Assembly: GCA_913020115.1 (NCBI GenBank)
Contig: CAJWBQ010000009.1
Location: 38,184 to 102,183, forward strand
Length of the DNA: 64,000 bases
Direction of reading: 5' to 3'
DNA from: an uncultured Cellvibrionales bacterium
Lineage (GTDB): Bacteria; Pseudomonadota; Gammaproteobacteria; Pseudomonadales; Cellvibrionaceae
The notes beneath the pieces are model-generated. The model saw nothing but the letters and a program-made list of their open reading frames with translations, did no database searches and was not told where the DNA came from. Each line of letters opens with the position of its first letter. The stretch's first letter is position 1. Of the stretch, positions 39,094-50,300 are shown in pieces. A program made the position numbers and the translations under genes.

Positions 39094-39885
39094 ATGATGA
39101 ATAAGGCCGTATTAGTAGAGATTGACTCACAAGGTGTCGCGACGGTTTGCCTGAATCGTGCCGACAAACACAACGCCTTCGACGACGACATGATTGCGAC
39201 TCTAAGCGAGGCCTTTGCTGCACTTGCAGAAAATGCTGCCGTGCGCGTTGTAGTATTGCGCTCTGAAGGCAAAAGTTTTTCGGCCGGCGCAGACTTAAAC
39301 TGGATGAAACGCATGGCCAGTTATTCCCGCGAAGACAACCTCCACGACGCGCAAGCGCTAGCTGAAATGTTGAAGCGCCTGAATAATTTGCCAGTGCCTA
39401 CCATCGCTCGCGTTCAAGGCGCTGCATTCGGCGGCGCAGTAGGCTTAGTCAGCTGTTGCGATATTACCATCGCTACGGAACGTGCCAGTTTTTGTTTAAG
39501 CGAAGTTAAAATTGGCTTAACACCCGCAACCATCAGCCCTTATGTGGTGGCCGCCATTGGCCCCCGAGCGTCTCGCCGCTATTTCATCAGTGCCGAACGT
39601 TTTGGTGCAGTCAAGGCAGAACAACTTGGCTTAGTCAGCGAGGTTTGCGATACCGCGCAGTTAGATGATCGCATTGGCGAGGTGGTCAAAAACCTGCTTG
39701 CCAACAGCCCAATTGCCATGATGCAAGCTAAGCAATTGGTGCGTGATGTGGCTCATCAAAGCATTGACGAAACACTAATTTCCGACACCTGTGAACGCAT
39801 CGCCAACATTCGAGTTTCCAGTGAAGGCCAAGAGGGCTTGAGCGCATTTTTAGAAAAACGCTCACCCGCCTGGATAAAGGAGTAA
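39094..39885 (+). CDS. liuC: methylglutaconyl-CoA hydratase (enoyl-CoA hydratase family)
   Basis: Crotonase fold motifs (FSAGADL, GAAFGGAVGL). Its position is between the two MCCase subunit genes. Confidence 0.9.
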   Translation: MMNKAVLVEIDSQGVATVCLNRADKHNAFDDDMIATLSEAFAALAENAAVRVVVLRSEGKSFSAGADLNWMKRMASYSREDNLHDAQALAEMLKRLNNLPVPTIARVQGAAFGGAVGLVSCCDITIATERASFCLSEVKIGLTPATISPYVVAAIGPRASRRYFISAERFGAVKAEQLGLVSEVCDTAQLDDRIGEVVKNLLANSPIAMMQAKQLVRDVAHQSIDETLISDTCERIANIRVSSEGQEGLSAFLEKRSPAWIKE

Positions 39886-39889
39886 GCCC

Positions 39890-41914
39890 ATGTTTACCAA
39901 GATACTCATTGCCAACCGTGGCGAAATCGCCTGCCGCGTCATTCAAACGGCCCGTAAACTCGGCATTCGAACCGTCGCCGTATACAGCGACGCCGATCGC
40001 GAATCCATGCACGTTAATATGGCCGACGAAGCTGTTTATCTCGGGCCCGCACCCTCTCGAGAATCTTATCTTGTTGTTGAAAAGGTCATTGCCGCTGCAT
40101 TGCAAACGGGTGCTGAAGCCATTCATCCCGGTTACGGATTTCTCTCAGAGAATGCGGAATTCTGCAGGCGCTGTGAGGCCGAAAATATTATCTTCATTGG
40201 CCCGCCAGTGAAGGCCATTGAAGCGATGGGTTCCAAGTCGGCCGCCAAAGAAATAATGGGGGCTGCAGGGGTACCGCTAGTGCCGGGTTATCACGGCGAA
40301 GATCAAGCTCGAGATATTCTGAAAAAATCTGCTGATGACATGGGCTATCCCGTACTGCTAAAAGCCTGTGCTGGCGGTGGCGGCAAAGGTATGCGCCAAG
40401 TTTGGAGTGAAGCCGAATTTGATGAGGCCCTTAACGCGGCCAAACGCGAATCGATGAACAGCTTCAACGATGATGCCATGCTGGTCGAGAAGTATTTAAC
40501 CCAGCCTAGACACGTAGAAATTCAAGTCTTCTGTGACAACCACGGCAATGCTGTACACGTATTCGAGCGCGATTGCTCGGTGCAAAGACGCCATCAAAAA
40601 GTAATTGAAGAAGCGCCGGCGCCAGGCATGGACCCAGCACTTCGGGAAGCCATGGGCGAAGCCGCAATCTGTGCCGCCAAGGCTATTGATTACGCAGGCG
40701 CCGGCACCGTAGAATTTTTGCTGGACCAAGACGGTTCTTTCTATTTCATGGAAATGAATACTCGTCTGCAAGTTGAACACCCCGTGTCAGAAATGATCAG
40801 CGGTCAAGATCTAGTGGAGTGGCAGCTGCGCGTTGCCGCAAACGAAACATTACCACTCAGCCAAGATCAGCTACACATTCGCGGGCATGCCTTCGAAGCG
40901 CGCATCTACGCAGAAGACCCTGAACAAGATTTTTTACCAGTCACTGGCACCCTATCTTTTCTGCAAGCGCCAGAAAATAGCTCTCATGTTCGAGTGGACA
41001 CCGGAGTTCGCCAGGGCGATGAAGTCAGTGTGTATTACGATCCCATGATCGCCAAGCTAATCGTCTGGGACGAGGACCGAGATAAGGCTTTAAGCCGGCT
41101 CACGAAAGCACTCAGTGAATATCGCATCAGTGGCATGACGACAAACATCGAGTTCCTCTACAATCTGGCCAGCTGCGCTCCGTTTCGCGAAGCACAACTG
41201 GATACTGGCTTTATCGAAAAACACCACAGCGTTATTTTTCATGATAACCATCAAGATGTCGCTAGAGATTTACCCATCGCCGCGCTGTATATTGTGCTTA
41301 CTCAAGCCCAGGCCGCAGAACAGCAAGCACAACGTTCTGGCGACCCCTCATCACCTTGGCATACCAACAGTGCGTGGCGATTAAACGAAGCTCATACGCA
41401 TTGTTTCGAGCTCAATTTTCACGAGCAGGTTCATGCTGTAACAGTTGAGCAAATTTCGCAGGGCGCGGGCACGCGCTATCGAATTACCACAGCTGAACAA
41501 AGTGTAGACGCGCAAGGAACGCTGTTGGGCAATGAACTTGTAGCCAATATCAACGGCTATCTTAGTCGCGCGACAGTGGCCAGCCACGATGACAGTTTTA
41601 GTCTCTACACTCAGGACAGCGCGCTCACCTTCAAGCTGGCACAACCCGACCTAGGAGAAAGTAATGATGACACTGATCCCGGTGGTTTGTTGGCCCCGAT
41701 GAATGGCACCGTAGTGACCTTACTTGTAGCCCCAAACCAAAATGTGGAAAAAGGCGAAGCCCTAATGGTAATGGAGGCAATGAAAATGGAACACACTCTA
41801 CGCGCCCCAGCCGATGGTTGTGTAAGCGCATTTTATTATCAGGCCGGGGAGCTGGTCGACGGCGGTTCAGAACTGTTAACCTTTGACGCCACAGACAAAG
41901 TAGAAAGCGAGTGA
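39890..41914 (+). CDS. liuD: methylcrotonyl-CoA carboxylase biotin-carrying (alpha) subunit
   Basis: Biotin carboxylase ATP-grasp domain plus a C-terminal biotinyl domain with EAMKMEH. Confidence 0.95.
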   Translation: MFTKILIANRGEIACRVIQTARKLGIRTVAVYSDADRESMHVNMADEAVYLGPAPSRESYLVVEKVIAAALQTGAEAIHPGYGFLSENAEFCRRCEAENIIFIGPPVKAIEAMGSKSAAKEIMGAAGVPLVPGYHGEDQARDILKKSADDMGYPVLLKACAGGGGKGMRQVWSEAEFDEALNAAKRESMNSFNDDAMLVEKYLTQPRHVEIQVFCDNHGNAVHVFERDCSVQRRHQKVIEEAPAPGMDPALREAMGEAAICAAKAIDYAGAGTVEFLLDQDGSFYFMEMNTRLQVEHPVSEMISGQDLVEWQLRVAANETLPLSQDQLHIRGHAFEARIYAEDPEQDFLPVTGTLSFLQAPENSSHVRVDTGVRQGDEVSVYYDPMIAKLIVWDEDRDKALSRLTKALSEYRISGMTTNIEFLYNLASCAPFREAQLDTGFIEKHHSVIFHDNHQDVARDLPIAALYIVLTQAQAAEQQAQRSGDPSSPWHTNSAWRLNEAHTHCFELNFHEQVHAVTVEQISQGAGTRYRITTAEQSVDAQGTLLGNELVANINGYLSRATVASHDDSFSLYTQDSALTFKLAQPDLGESNDDTDPGGLLAPMNGTVVTLLVAPNQNVEKGEALMVMEAMKMEHTLRAPADGCVSAFYYQAGELVDGGSELLTFDATDKVESE

Positions 41915-41934
41915 GCCACTAGGAAACTATAAAG

Positions 41935-42834
41935 ATGAAATTGCCCAGCCGTGTGAAAATTGTCGAAGTAGGCCCGCGCGATGGCCTGCAAAACGAACAG
42001 CAAGCCATTGACCCGCAAATAAAAATTAATTTGATCGAGCGCCTGACTCAAGCGGGTTTGACGTACATAGAAGCGGGAAGTTTTGTGAACCCCAAATGGG
42101 TACCACAAATGGCGGGCAGCGACCTTGTGTTTCAGGGCATAGATCGTAAGGAGTCTGTGAGCTATGCTGCTCTAACGCCAAACTTACAAGGCTATAAACG
42201 AGCAATGGAGTGCAAGGCAACGGAGGTGGCGATTTTTGCAGCGGCTTCTGAAGCTTTCAGTCAAAAGAACATCAACTGCAGTATTTCCGAGAGTTTAGCT
42301 CGTTTTGAGCCACTATTGGTCGCCGCAAAAGCCGCCAACATTCCCGTGCGAGGCTACATATCTTGCGTGCTGGGCTGCCCCTATGAAGGCGATGTCAGCC
42401 CTGAAAAAGTACTCGAGGTAGCCGAAGAGTTATTCTCTATGGGCTGTTACGAAATTTCCTTAGGCGATACCATTGGGGTTGGGACCGCCAAACAACTTAG
42501 TCAGCTTATTCAAACGGTGAGCCGAGCAGTTCCGATCGACAAATTAGCGGTTCACCTTCACGATACTTATGGCCAAGCCTTAGCGAATACTCTTACCGCC
42601 TTACAAGAAGGCATTAGTGTCGTTGACAGCTCCGTGGCAGGCTTAGGTGGATGCCCTTACGCTAAGGGCGCATCGGGCAATGTAGCCACCGAAGACCTAG
42701 TGTACATGTTGAATGGCCTAGGGATTGAACACGGTGTTGATTTAAGTGCCTTGATTGATGCAGGAAATTACATTTGCGATGCATTGGGGCGAAGCACAGG
42801 CTCAAGAGTCGCCAAAGCGAGACTGGGCGCGTGA
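41935..42834 (+). CDS. liuE: hydroxymethylglutaryl-CoA lyase
   Basis: [12 protein letters not shown] motif. 299 aa. Last gene of the liu operon. Confidence 0.95.
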   Translation: MKLPSRVKIVEVGPRDGLQNEQQAIDPQIKINLIERLTQAGLTYIEAGSFVNPKWVPQMAGSDLVFQGIDRKESVSYAALTPNLQGYKRAMECKATEVAIFAAASEAFSQKNINCSISESLARFEPLLVAAKAANIPVRGYISCVLGCPYEGDVSPEKVLEVAEELFSMGCYEISLGDTIGVGTAKQLSQLIQTVSRAVPIDKLAVHLHDTYGQALANTLTALQEGISVVDSSVAGLGGCPYAKGASGNVATEDLVYMLNGLGIEHGVDLSALIDAGNYICDALGRSTGSRVAKARLGA

Positions 42835-42865
42835 GCAATAGATGATGCTTGATTCCGACCGATAG

Positions 42866-42906
42866 GCCCGTCAGCTCTTTTCTAGCTGACGGGCTCTACT
42901 CTTTTC
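42866..42906 (+). terminator. rho-independent terminator of the liu operon
   Basis: GCCCGTCAGCT-CTTTTCT-AGCTGACGGGC is an 11-bp perfect stem, followed by the T-rich TCTACTCTTTTC. Confidence 0.7.
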
Positions 42907-43057
42907 GGGCCAACGGGCCTTTTACAACGTCGGTCAACAAAATTTAACGCTAACTTCAGCCTCTGTATCTGCAAAATAAGTCCCCGCCTAAGCCGCTTTT
43001 CCCTTACACTCCCCCTTAGTATTAACTGATTTCTAACTCTCTAAGAAAAGCGCTCAC

Positions 43058-44077
43058 ATGACCTCAAAAAAACAAGCCATACTCCTTGTCAATCTCGGCT
43101 CACCAGATGCCCCCGACGAGCACAGTGTGCGCGCTTACTTAGACCAGTTTTTAATGGACCCCTACGTTATCCAACTACCCTGGCCTTTGCGCCGACTCAT
43201 TGTTAGCCTATTGGTACTACCCAAGCGACCAAAAGATTCCGCGCACGCCTACCAAAGCATTTGGTCGCCGGAGGGCTCGCCCTTAATAGCCCTATCACGA
43301 CAACTGCAAAAAGCCTTACAAGCCAAAACTACTTTGCCAGTTCTTATGGCGATGCGTTACGGTAAACCCAGTATTGAATCAGCCCTATGCGAACTTCAGG
43401 CCCAAGGAGACATTGACGAGGTCTTGTTTATTCCACTCTACCCACATTTCGCAGACAGCACTGTGCAAACTTCCATCGCGGAAGCTGAACGTATTATCAA
43501 GCAGCACAAATTAACATTTAGTCTTAAAGTACAAGCTTCATTTTATGCTCAGGAAGATTATATTCAATCGCTTGTGACTAGCGCCCAAGAAGCGCTGGCT
43601 TCAGATTATGATCACCTATTGTTCAGCTATCACGGCCTGCCGGAGTCGCACTTAAAGAAGGCCGACCCTACGGGCCAGCACTGTATGAATTCCCCTGACT
43701 GCTGCAGTCAAGCCTCGACCGCACACGCCACTTGTTACCGTCATCAAGTACTGGAGACAACTAAAGCTTTTGTAGAGAAAGCTCAAATTCCAGCGGAAAA
43801 ATATTCTATTGCCTTTCAATCCCGCCTAGGTCGCGCCAAGTGGCTTGAGCCCTCTACCGAGGAAACGTTAAGAGAACTCGCGGCCAAGGGAGTCAAAAAG
43901 GTATTGGTTATTTGCCCTGCTTTCGTGACGGATTGTCTCGAAACTTTGGAAGAGATTGGCATCCGCGGACAAGAGGTGTTTACAGAAGCGGGCGGGGAAT
44001 TATTGACCTTGGTGCCCTGCCTAAACGACCACCCTGAATGGGTGGACACGCTCGCCAAGTGGTGTGAACCAAGCTAA
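43058..44077 (+). CDS. hemH: ferrochelatase
   Basis: 339 aa. LLVNLGSPD N-terminus and typical HemH core (LPLYPHFADST, SYHGLPE). Confidence 0.95.
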   Translation: MTSKKQAILLVNLGSPDAPDEHSVRAYLDQFLMDPYVIQLPWPLRRLIVSLLVLPKRPKDSAHAYQSIWSPEGSPLIALSRQLQKALQAKTTLPVLMAMRYGKPSIESALCELQAQGDIDEVLFIPLYPHFADSTVQTSIAEAERIIKQHKLTFSLKVQASFYAQEDYIQSLVTSAQEALASDYDHLLFSYHGLPESHLKKADPTGQHCMNSPDCCSQASTAHATCYRHQVLETTKAFVEKAQIPAEKYSIAFQSRLGRAKWLEPSTEETLRELAAKGVKKVLVICPAFVTDCLETLEEIGIRGQEVFTEAGGELLTLVPCLNDHPEWVDTLAKWCEPS

Positions 44078-44096
44078 GACTCACTTGAATGTACAC

Positions 44097-44828
44097 TCAG
44101 TCGAGCAAGGCAAGAACTTCTATACTAAGCACTGATTCACCGTCAGCCAAGTCTGAGACTAGGTAACGCCATTGCAAGTCAAAATTCAATAACTTCATAC
44201 CATAGACTCGCGCACTGTCTGGCGTCTGATAGGACGGCTTGGGGTCCTGCTGCAAAACCTGCATCACCAAGGCCCTAATATCCAGCGGATGTTCGTGAGC
44301 GAATTTTTCGCAGTCAGATTCCGCTTGCGCACTCAATTCTACAAGTAGATTTTTTGGCACGCTATCGGCAAATTCATTGCTTGCTTCGGGAATATTATCC
44401 ACATAGGGAACATAAGGCTTAATATCAACAATGGGTGTGCCGTCGATAAGATCAATGCCCGATATATGTAAAATAACCTTGCCATCGACGATATCAATTC
44501 TGTCCAATTTCACCACCGACAAGCCCAGAGGGTTTGGCCTCACCGGCGAGCGAGTGGCAAAAACCCCCATTCGTTTATTACCTCCAAGCCGAGGCGGACG
44601 GACGGTGGGAGACCAAGCTTTCCCCACAAATTCATGGAAAATAAACTGCAACCAAATATGGCTCACGCCCGCTAAACCACTGACGGACTCTGCTCGATTA
44701 TACGGCGCTAACAACTCCAATTGAGCGCGAGATTCTGGCGCCAATCCTGGCTGCCTTGGCACGCCAAATTTTTCTTTAAAGCAGGAATGCACTACGCCTA
44801 TTGAAGCAAAAGAATAATGAGACTCCAC
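44097..44828 (-). CDS. trmO: tRNA (t6A37-N6)-methyltransferase TrmO (YaeB/TsaA family)
   Basis: IGVVHSCFKEKFGVPRQPG and RPNPLGLSVVKL motifs are characteristic of TrmO. Confidence 0.85.
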   Translation of the reverse strand: MESHYSFASIGVVHSCFKEKFGVPRQPGLAPESRAQLELLAPYNRAESVSGLAGVSHIWLQFIFHEFVGKAWSPTVRPPRLGGNKRMGVFATRSPVRPNPLGLSVVKLDRIDIVDGKVILHISGIDLIDGTPIVDIKPYVPYVDNIPEASNEFADSVPKNLLVELSAQAESDCEKFAHEHPLDIRALVMQVLQQDPKPSYQTPDSARVYGMKLLNFDLQWRYLVSDLADGESVLSIEVLALLD

Positions 44829-44830
44829 CG

Positions 44831-45439
44831 CTACTGCTCCCGCCCACTTTGTTGATGAAGCTGATTTTCCAAACGCTTCTTGTCACTTTTTCTCAGCATT
44901 ACATAAGTTGCCCCAACACCACCATGATGTTTTTGCGCACTGTGGTAGGCCATCACCGCAGGCAATTGTGGCAACCAATGGGCTACGCAGCTTTTCAATA
45001 ATCCGGGTTGCGGTTGGCGATCAAAACCCTTGCCGTGGTTTATCAGCACACAGCGAATATCATGCTGCATGCACTCGTCTATGAAACCGACAATTTCGAC
45101 TCTAGCTTGCGCAACGGTTAAACCGTGTAAGTCTAGGCGTGCATCAATGGTATATTTTCCCAAGCGGAAATTTCTATAGACGTTAGTTTGCAAACCTGGC
45201 CGTTTAAACTCCAGTAGCGCAGCAGGGTCAACCGGCTCAATAAAATCTCCAGATAGAGGATCTCGGGTTTCTTCTTTAAGGGCCTGAGCGGCCTTGCGGC
45301 GAGCTTGCACTCCAGGTTCATTTTCAGGTGCGGCGAGAGAACCTCGACTTAAACCAACACGACGTGCCGACTTGTGCGGTGCAACGTCGCGCATCGAATC
45401 GCTGAAATCAAAGTCATCGGGAAAATCATCGTCCGACAT
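44831..45439 (-). CDS. Smr domain protein (SmrA/YfcN-like endonuclease)
   Basis: C-terminal Smr domain (LDLHGLTVAQARVEI...LINHGKG). Confidence 0.8.
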   Translation of the reverse strand: MSDDDFPDDFDFSDSMRDVAPHKSARRVGLSRGSLAAPENEPGVQARRKAAQALKEETRDPLSGDFIEPVDPAALLEFKRPGLQTNVYRNFRLGKYTIDARLDLHGLTVAQARVEIVGFIDECMQHDIRCVLINHGKGFDRQPQPGLLKSCVAHWLPQLPAVMAYHSAQKHHGGVGATYVMLRKSDKKRLENQLHQQSGREQ

Positions 45440-45442
45440 AAC

Positions 45443-45928
45443 TTAATCCGCCGCGACAATGGCGGGACCATACACTTCTACAAATTCAGAAGGTTGCCTC
45501 TTTGGTTTTCCACTGCTTATTTCGATACAGACTAACTGCCACTTACCTCGCAAGATAGTTTCTCCATCGCGCTTGCGTAACAGTTGAAAACAACGCTCCA
45601 TACTGAGACCTTGGCTTTTTGTTAGCCAGGTGGCCAGAACTAATTCCTCGCCCTCTGAAGACGCAAAAATATAATCATACTCACTGTGACGAATGGCCAT
45701 CGCTCGATCCAGTGTTTGATAATCCACTTCTCGCAAGCCCAATTCTGCAGAATGCGCCCATGCGGCCTGCTGGCACCACTGAACATACACCGCGTTATTG
45801 GTGTGCTGTAAGCCGTCGATATCGGCAGGACACACGGTCAAGGGAAGCAGAAAGGGCTTGGGAAAATCCCAGTGATAGGAGGTGTATTTTAATGTGGAAC
45901 TTACATCAGTCATAGGGGCAGCCAACAA
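45443..45928 (-). CDS. hotdog-fold acyl-CoA thioesterase (4HBT/YbgC-like)
   Basis: About 155 aa. The pattern DIDGLQHTNNAVYVQW is typical of the 4HBT thioesterase N-terminus. The start may instead be the ATG at 45913. Confidence 0.7.
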   Translation of the reverse strand: MLAAPMTDVSSTLKYTSYHWDFPKPFLLPLTVCPADIDGLQHTNNAVYVQWCQQAAWAHSAELGLREVDYQTLDRAMAIRHSEYDYIFASSEGEELVLATWLTKSQGLSMERCFQLLRKRDGETILRGKWQLVCIEISSGKPKRQPSEFVEVYGPAIVAAD

Positions 45929-46003
45929 ATTTTCTGTGAGGCCCAGCAGATGGCCTGCTGGGCCTCACATAATAGCGCCTGAAACGGCTAACACAAGCCT
46001 GAA

Positions 46004-47392
46004 TCAACCAGCAACGGCGGCCACTTCAGATTTAGGTGTCTCACCTTCCAATGTACCTTTACCGTCTGGAGGTGTTTGAGTGGCTTGCAAATTATTCACT
46101 TTCAAGCCCGTAATGGCACGCGATAGCTGAGTGGTCATCAACTGTTGCCCCGACGCCAACCCGGGCGAGCGAATTAATACTTGATATTGTCCTTGCTGAT
46201 TTATACGCTCTCCCACTACCTCCACTGCAACACCACGCAAGCGTTCGCCCTCTACGACATAGACCCGCTCATTGTCATACACGGCCTCAATCGGCACAGC
46301 GGAAACCTGGGCTTCTGGGGGGAGCTCAAGGGTGAGGCTGACCACCCGGCCTAGCACTATTGAGCTGTCTTCTTTTGCCACTTCAAAGATACCGTCAATA
46401 CCACTGCGGCCCGTGGCAACTTCCGCCGCTAGCCGACTCAAGGTGAGCTTGATCTGCACCTGATCAACAGTGGCCATAGCATTGATTGGCAAACCGGCCG
46501 CCAAACGGTGGCGCAACCCAGCAATATACTTACCGCCAATGGCCGCTCTCACCTGCATTTTTTGTGTATCTATTAACCCTAGCAGTTCGCTACCTACATT
46601 TACTCGGTCACCAGGTGCTACAGACAAACCGCTGATCAAACCTGAAAACGGTGCGCTAATTTTTGTCCGTGATAGATTGAGTTGTGCCTGCGCCAAGGTA
46701 ACTTCGGCCTGTGCTTTAGCCGCCAACTCCTTAGCTTCCATGTGAGAGAAATTGGCCACCGCTATTCGCTGTTGCTCTAAGGCAATGGCCTGTTGCTGGG
46801 CCAAACTTCTTGCTTCGTCTAGAACCGACGCAGAGATAAGTCGCTCAGTTTGCAGGTGCTCATAGCGCGCCGTTTTCCTCTGCGCTAAAACAAACATCTG
46901 CTGATGTAAGGCCAACATGTTTTTGTCTGCCACATGCTGAGCACGCAATTGCGCCACACGAGCATCGGCATCACTCAATTCAGCCTCAGCCTGTTTGATG
47001 CTCAGTTTTGCATCTCGGTCATCCAGCTGAATAAGCAGAGTTCCCTCTTTAACGGGCTGGCCGTCGTCCACCAATACTGCACTTACACTGGCTTGCAGGG
47101 CCGCCGTCAAATGCGCCTTTCGCGGTGTGGATACGCGCCCATACAGCGCCAAATTAGGCGCCATATCCGAGGGCGCTAATTCCACCGTGGATACCGGCCA
47201 CACTTTTTCAGCCACTATTTCAGGTGCATGCTTCGGCGCGGTGACAATCAGCAGGGCACTGCAGATAACACCCCCCATTAATATCATCAATGCGGTACGT
47301 GTTTTACGACTGATACGAGACACCACCTTTTGCCACACCGACCGGTTAGCCTTAATCACTACTTGCTGGAACTTTTTAAATAATATTTTCAT
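46004..47392 (-). CDS. efflux RND periplasmic adaptor (MFP/HlyD family) subunit
   Basis: N-terminal TM, a long coiled-coil hairpin, and a beta-barrel C-terminus. It lies directly downstream of the RND permease gene. Confidence 0.85.
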   Translation of the reverse strand: MKILFKKFQQVVIKANRSVWQKVVSRISRKTRTALMILMGGVICSALLIVTAPKHAPEIVAEKVWPVSTVELAPSDMAPNLALYGRVSTPRKAHLTAALQASVSAVLVDDGQPVKEGTLLIQLDDRDAKLSIKQAEAELSDADARVAQLRAQHVADKNMLALHQQMFVLAQRKTARYEHLQTERLISASVLDEARSLAQQQAIALEQQRIAVANFSHMEAKELAAKAQAEVTLAQAQLNLSRTKISAPFSGLISGLSVAPGDRVNVGSELLGLIDTQKMQVRAAIGGKYIAGLRHRLAAGLPINAMATVDQVQIKLTLSRLAAEVATGRSGIDGIFEVAKEDSSIVLGRVVSLTLELPPEAQVSAVPIEAVYDNERVYVVEGERLRGVAVEVVGERINQQGQYQVLIRSPGLASGQQLMTTQLSRAITGLKVNNLQATQTPPDGKGTLEGETPKSEVAAVAG

Positions 47393-47395
47393 AAC

Positions 47396-50300
47396 TTAAG
47401 CCCTGCTAGGTAAAGGTTGAGTTAAAGAACTTGGCGCCGCCTTGACCAAGCGACGTTCACGACGATGTTCAATGCTCCAAAGCAAGGCCGGAATTACCAT
47501 TAAGATCAACAGCGTGCCGTAAAGAATGCCAAAACAGATAACTGTGGCTAGTGGCGCCATCGCTTCACCCATGGGAGAAGATTCTAGCAACATGGGCATA
47601 AGCCCTAGAGAAGTGGTTAGCGAGGTAAGGATTACCGCGCGCAATCGACCCGTGGCCGCAGATTCTATGGCGGTTTGGATATCCATTCCCTGAGCGCGAT
47701 TCTCTTTAAATGCCATCACCAAGATAATGGAGTCGTTAACGATTACCCCTGCCAGGGTAAATAAACCCATGATCGACATAACCCCCAAATTCATGCCCAA
47801 TACCTGAAGGCCAAAAAGTGCTCCCGTAAGCGCCAGCGGAATGGCGACCATCACAGCGAGCGGCCAACTATAAGATGAAAATATCCAGGCCAAAATAATG
47901 TAGATCAGCACCATTGACATCGCCGCGCCCATCATTAGATCTCGCGCCATACGTCCCTCGCCCGAAGAGTTTCCAGACAAACCATATTGCAATTCATATT
48001 TGCTCAAAAGCGCCGGAAGAACATTTTTTTCTAAGTCAGAAATCACCGTCATTGAGGTAGTAATTTTTTTGTCTACAGAAGCATTAATGTTAACTGCTAG
48101 CTCCCCATTGCGGTGCTGAATGCTATTAATACCACGGCGCGATTCGATGTTGGCCACAGTCGCCAAGGCGACCATTTCTCCCTGCGGAGTTATGATGGGA
48201 AATTGGCGAAGACTGCCCAACTGCTTTCTCTCAGCGTCCGGTAACTTCACCCGCACTTCAACTTCCGAACCGTCGTCATTAAACAACTGAATTCTATGAC
48301 CTTCGTAGGCCGAATAAATTTGCCGACCAATCGCACCAGCAGTCAAACCCAGCTGCCGCCCCTCAGGAGTGAGGCGAAAAATCCATTGTTCTTGCCCGTA
48401 GGGCATATCGTCGTAGACGTTACTAACGCCGGGATATTGCGCCATAATAGCTTGCAGCTCTAACGAAGCCTCCTTTAACTTAGTGGTATCGCCCCCCTTA
48501 AAATGTAGAGATAGATCAGAGTTGAAATCGTTTCCTGTTTGAATTTGTAGCGTTTCGATAGCGGACAATTGCGGGATTTTTTTGCGCCACAGAGCGTTAA
48601 AGGTTTCTAAATTGACCGTGCGCTCGTTGGGCATGGTGAGCTCAACCAACAAATTGGCATATTCATAACCGCCTTTATATTCAAGATCAATGAAACCCAT
48701 ATTGTCGTATGACACATGAGACACAACTATGTCACCGCCCAACTCAGCTTCAGCCGCCAACATGGCTTTCTCTAGCACCAACATAGCTTCCGACTTTTCT
48801 TTCGGACTAACGCCACTGGCAAATTTTACTCCTGCCTCAAGATACTCAAAATCTAGATTTAGGTTAAGCTCAGGCTTTATCCGACCACTGAGGAGAAGCG
48901 TAAAAGCAAGCAAGAAAATCGCTAGTGCGGTGCACACTGTCGCTCGACGATTCACCAACGCCCAGCGCAATACTGGCAAGAATTTTTGGTCTCTAAAATG
49001 ATCAAATGCGGCGTCAAAACGCTTTCTGAATCTCGCTTCTCGGCCTATTTTTTTATCACTACTTGCCAAGAGCTTTTGCTTTTTCAAGCTTTCAAAACTG
49101 CCGCGCAAATGACCAGGCATAATGAGAAAGCACTCAACTAAAGAGGTTATGATGACAAGCAGCATAACTAAGGGTATTTGCCGAACAACCTCATCGTTAA
49201 TAATAATCAAAGGTAAAAAGGCGGCCATGGTAGTCAGTGACGAAGCCATGACAGGTGGAAACATTCTTTGAGCGCCCGCCGCGGCTGCCTCAGCCGGAGA
49301 CAAACCACGTTCGAATTGAGCTAAAGAGTGTTCACCCACAACAATGGCATCATCTACAACAATACCTAAAGCCATCACCAAGGCGATCAGACTAACCAAA
49401 TTAATGGAACCGCCAAGCGCGTAAAAAAGTGCAACCGCCGCTGAAAACGATACCGGTATTCCCAGCATCACCCACCACGCCACACGGCCATTAAGGAATA
49501 GGAATAGAGCTAAGATAACGAGCACTAAACCGCCTAGGCCATTGGTAATCACAAGGCTTAACTGGTCTTGTGCAAACAACCACGCCTCTAAAAATATTTT
49601 CGTTTCAACCCCTTCGCTCAACTCACCCTGAATGTCGCGATGCCAATCTTTTAATATCCTAGCCGCCTCAATGGTGTCGGAACCCGGCGCACGCATTACA
49701 CGTAATATAATGCCTGGACGCTGATTTTGTGTTGCAGTCACTTGATAATCGCGCGACTGCAGACGAACATCGGCGATTTCACCTAGGGCCAAAAGATCAC
49801 CTTCAGCGTGGTTTTTAATAGGCAGCTGCTTAAATCCAGCAACATCTCGTTGTTGATCTAGGCTGCGAAGTTCCCTCGCACCCTGCCCCTGGCCAATACT
49901 ACCAAAGGGCATATCTCGGCTGGTATTGCTGATAGCATTCGCAATTTGGTCTAGAGAGGACCCTAACTCCAACAGCTTTTGACTGCTGATTTGAATCGCA
50001 ATCTCTTCTTCTGGAAGCGCCTCAAAATCTATATGTGTAATTCCTCGACCTAATAAATCACGTTCGAACTGACGGGCCAAAGAAGCCAAATCACGCACAT
50101 CGCCATCACTGGTCAACAGAACCATAGCAACAAGATCGCGCCGCTCGCTGATACGAATTCGAGCAGGCTCCATATCAGCGGGTAAATCTCGCACTTGATC
50201 AAACTGTTGCTTGGTAAGGTCTAACGCTCGACTCATATCGGTGCCACGTTCAAACTCAAGCCATAAACTCGCTCTTGAGTTTTCGCTGGTAGAACCCGAT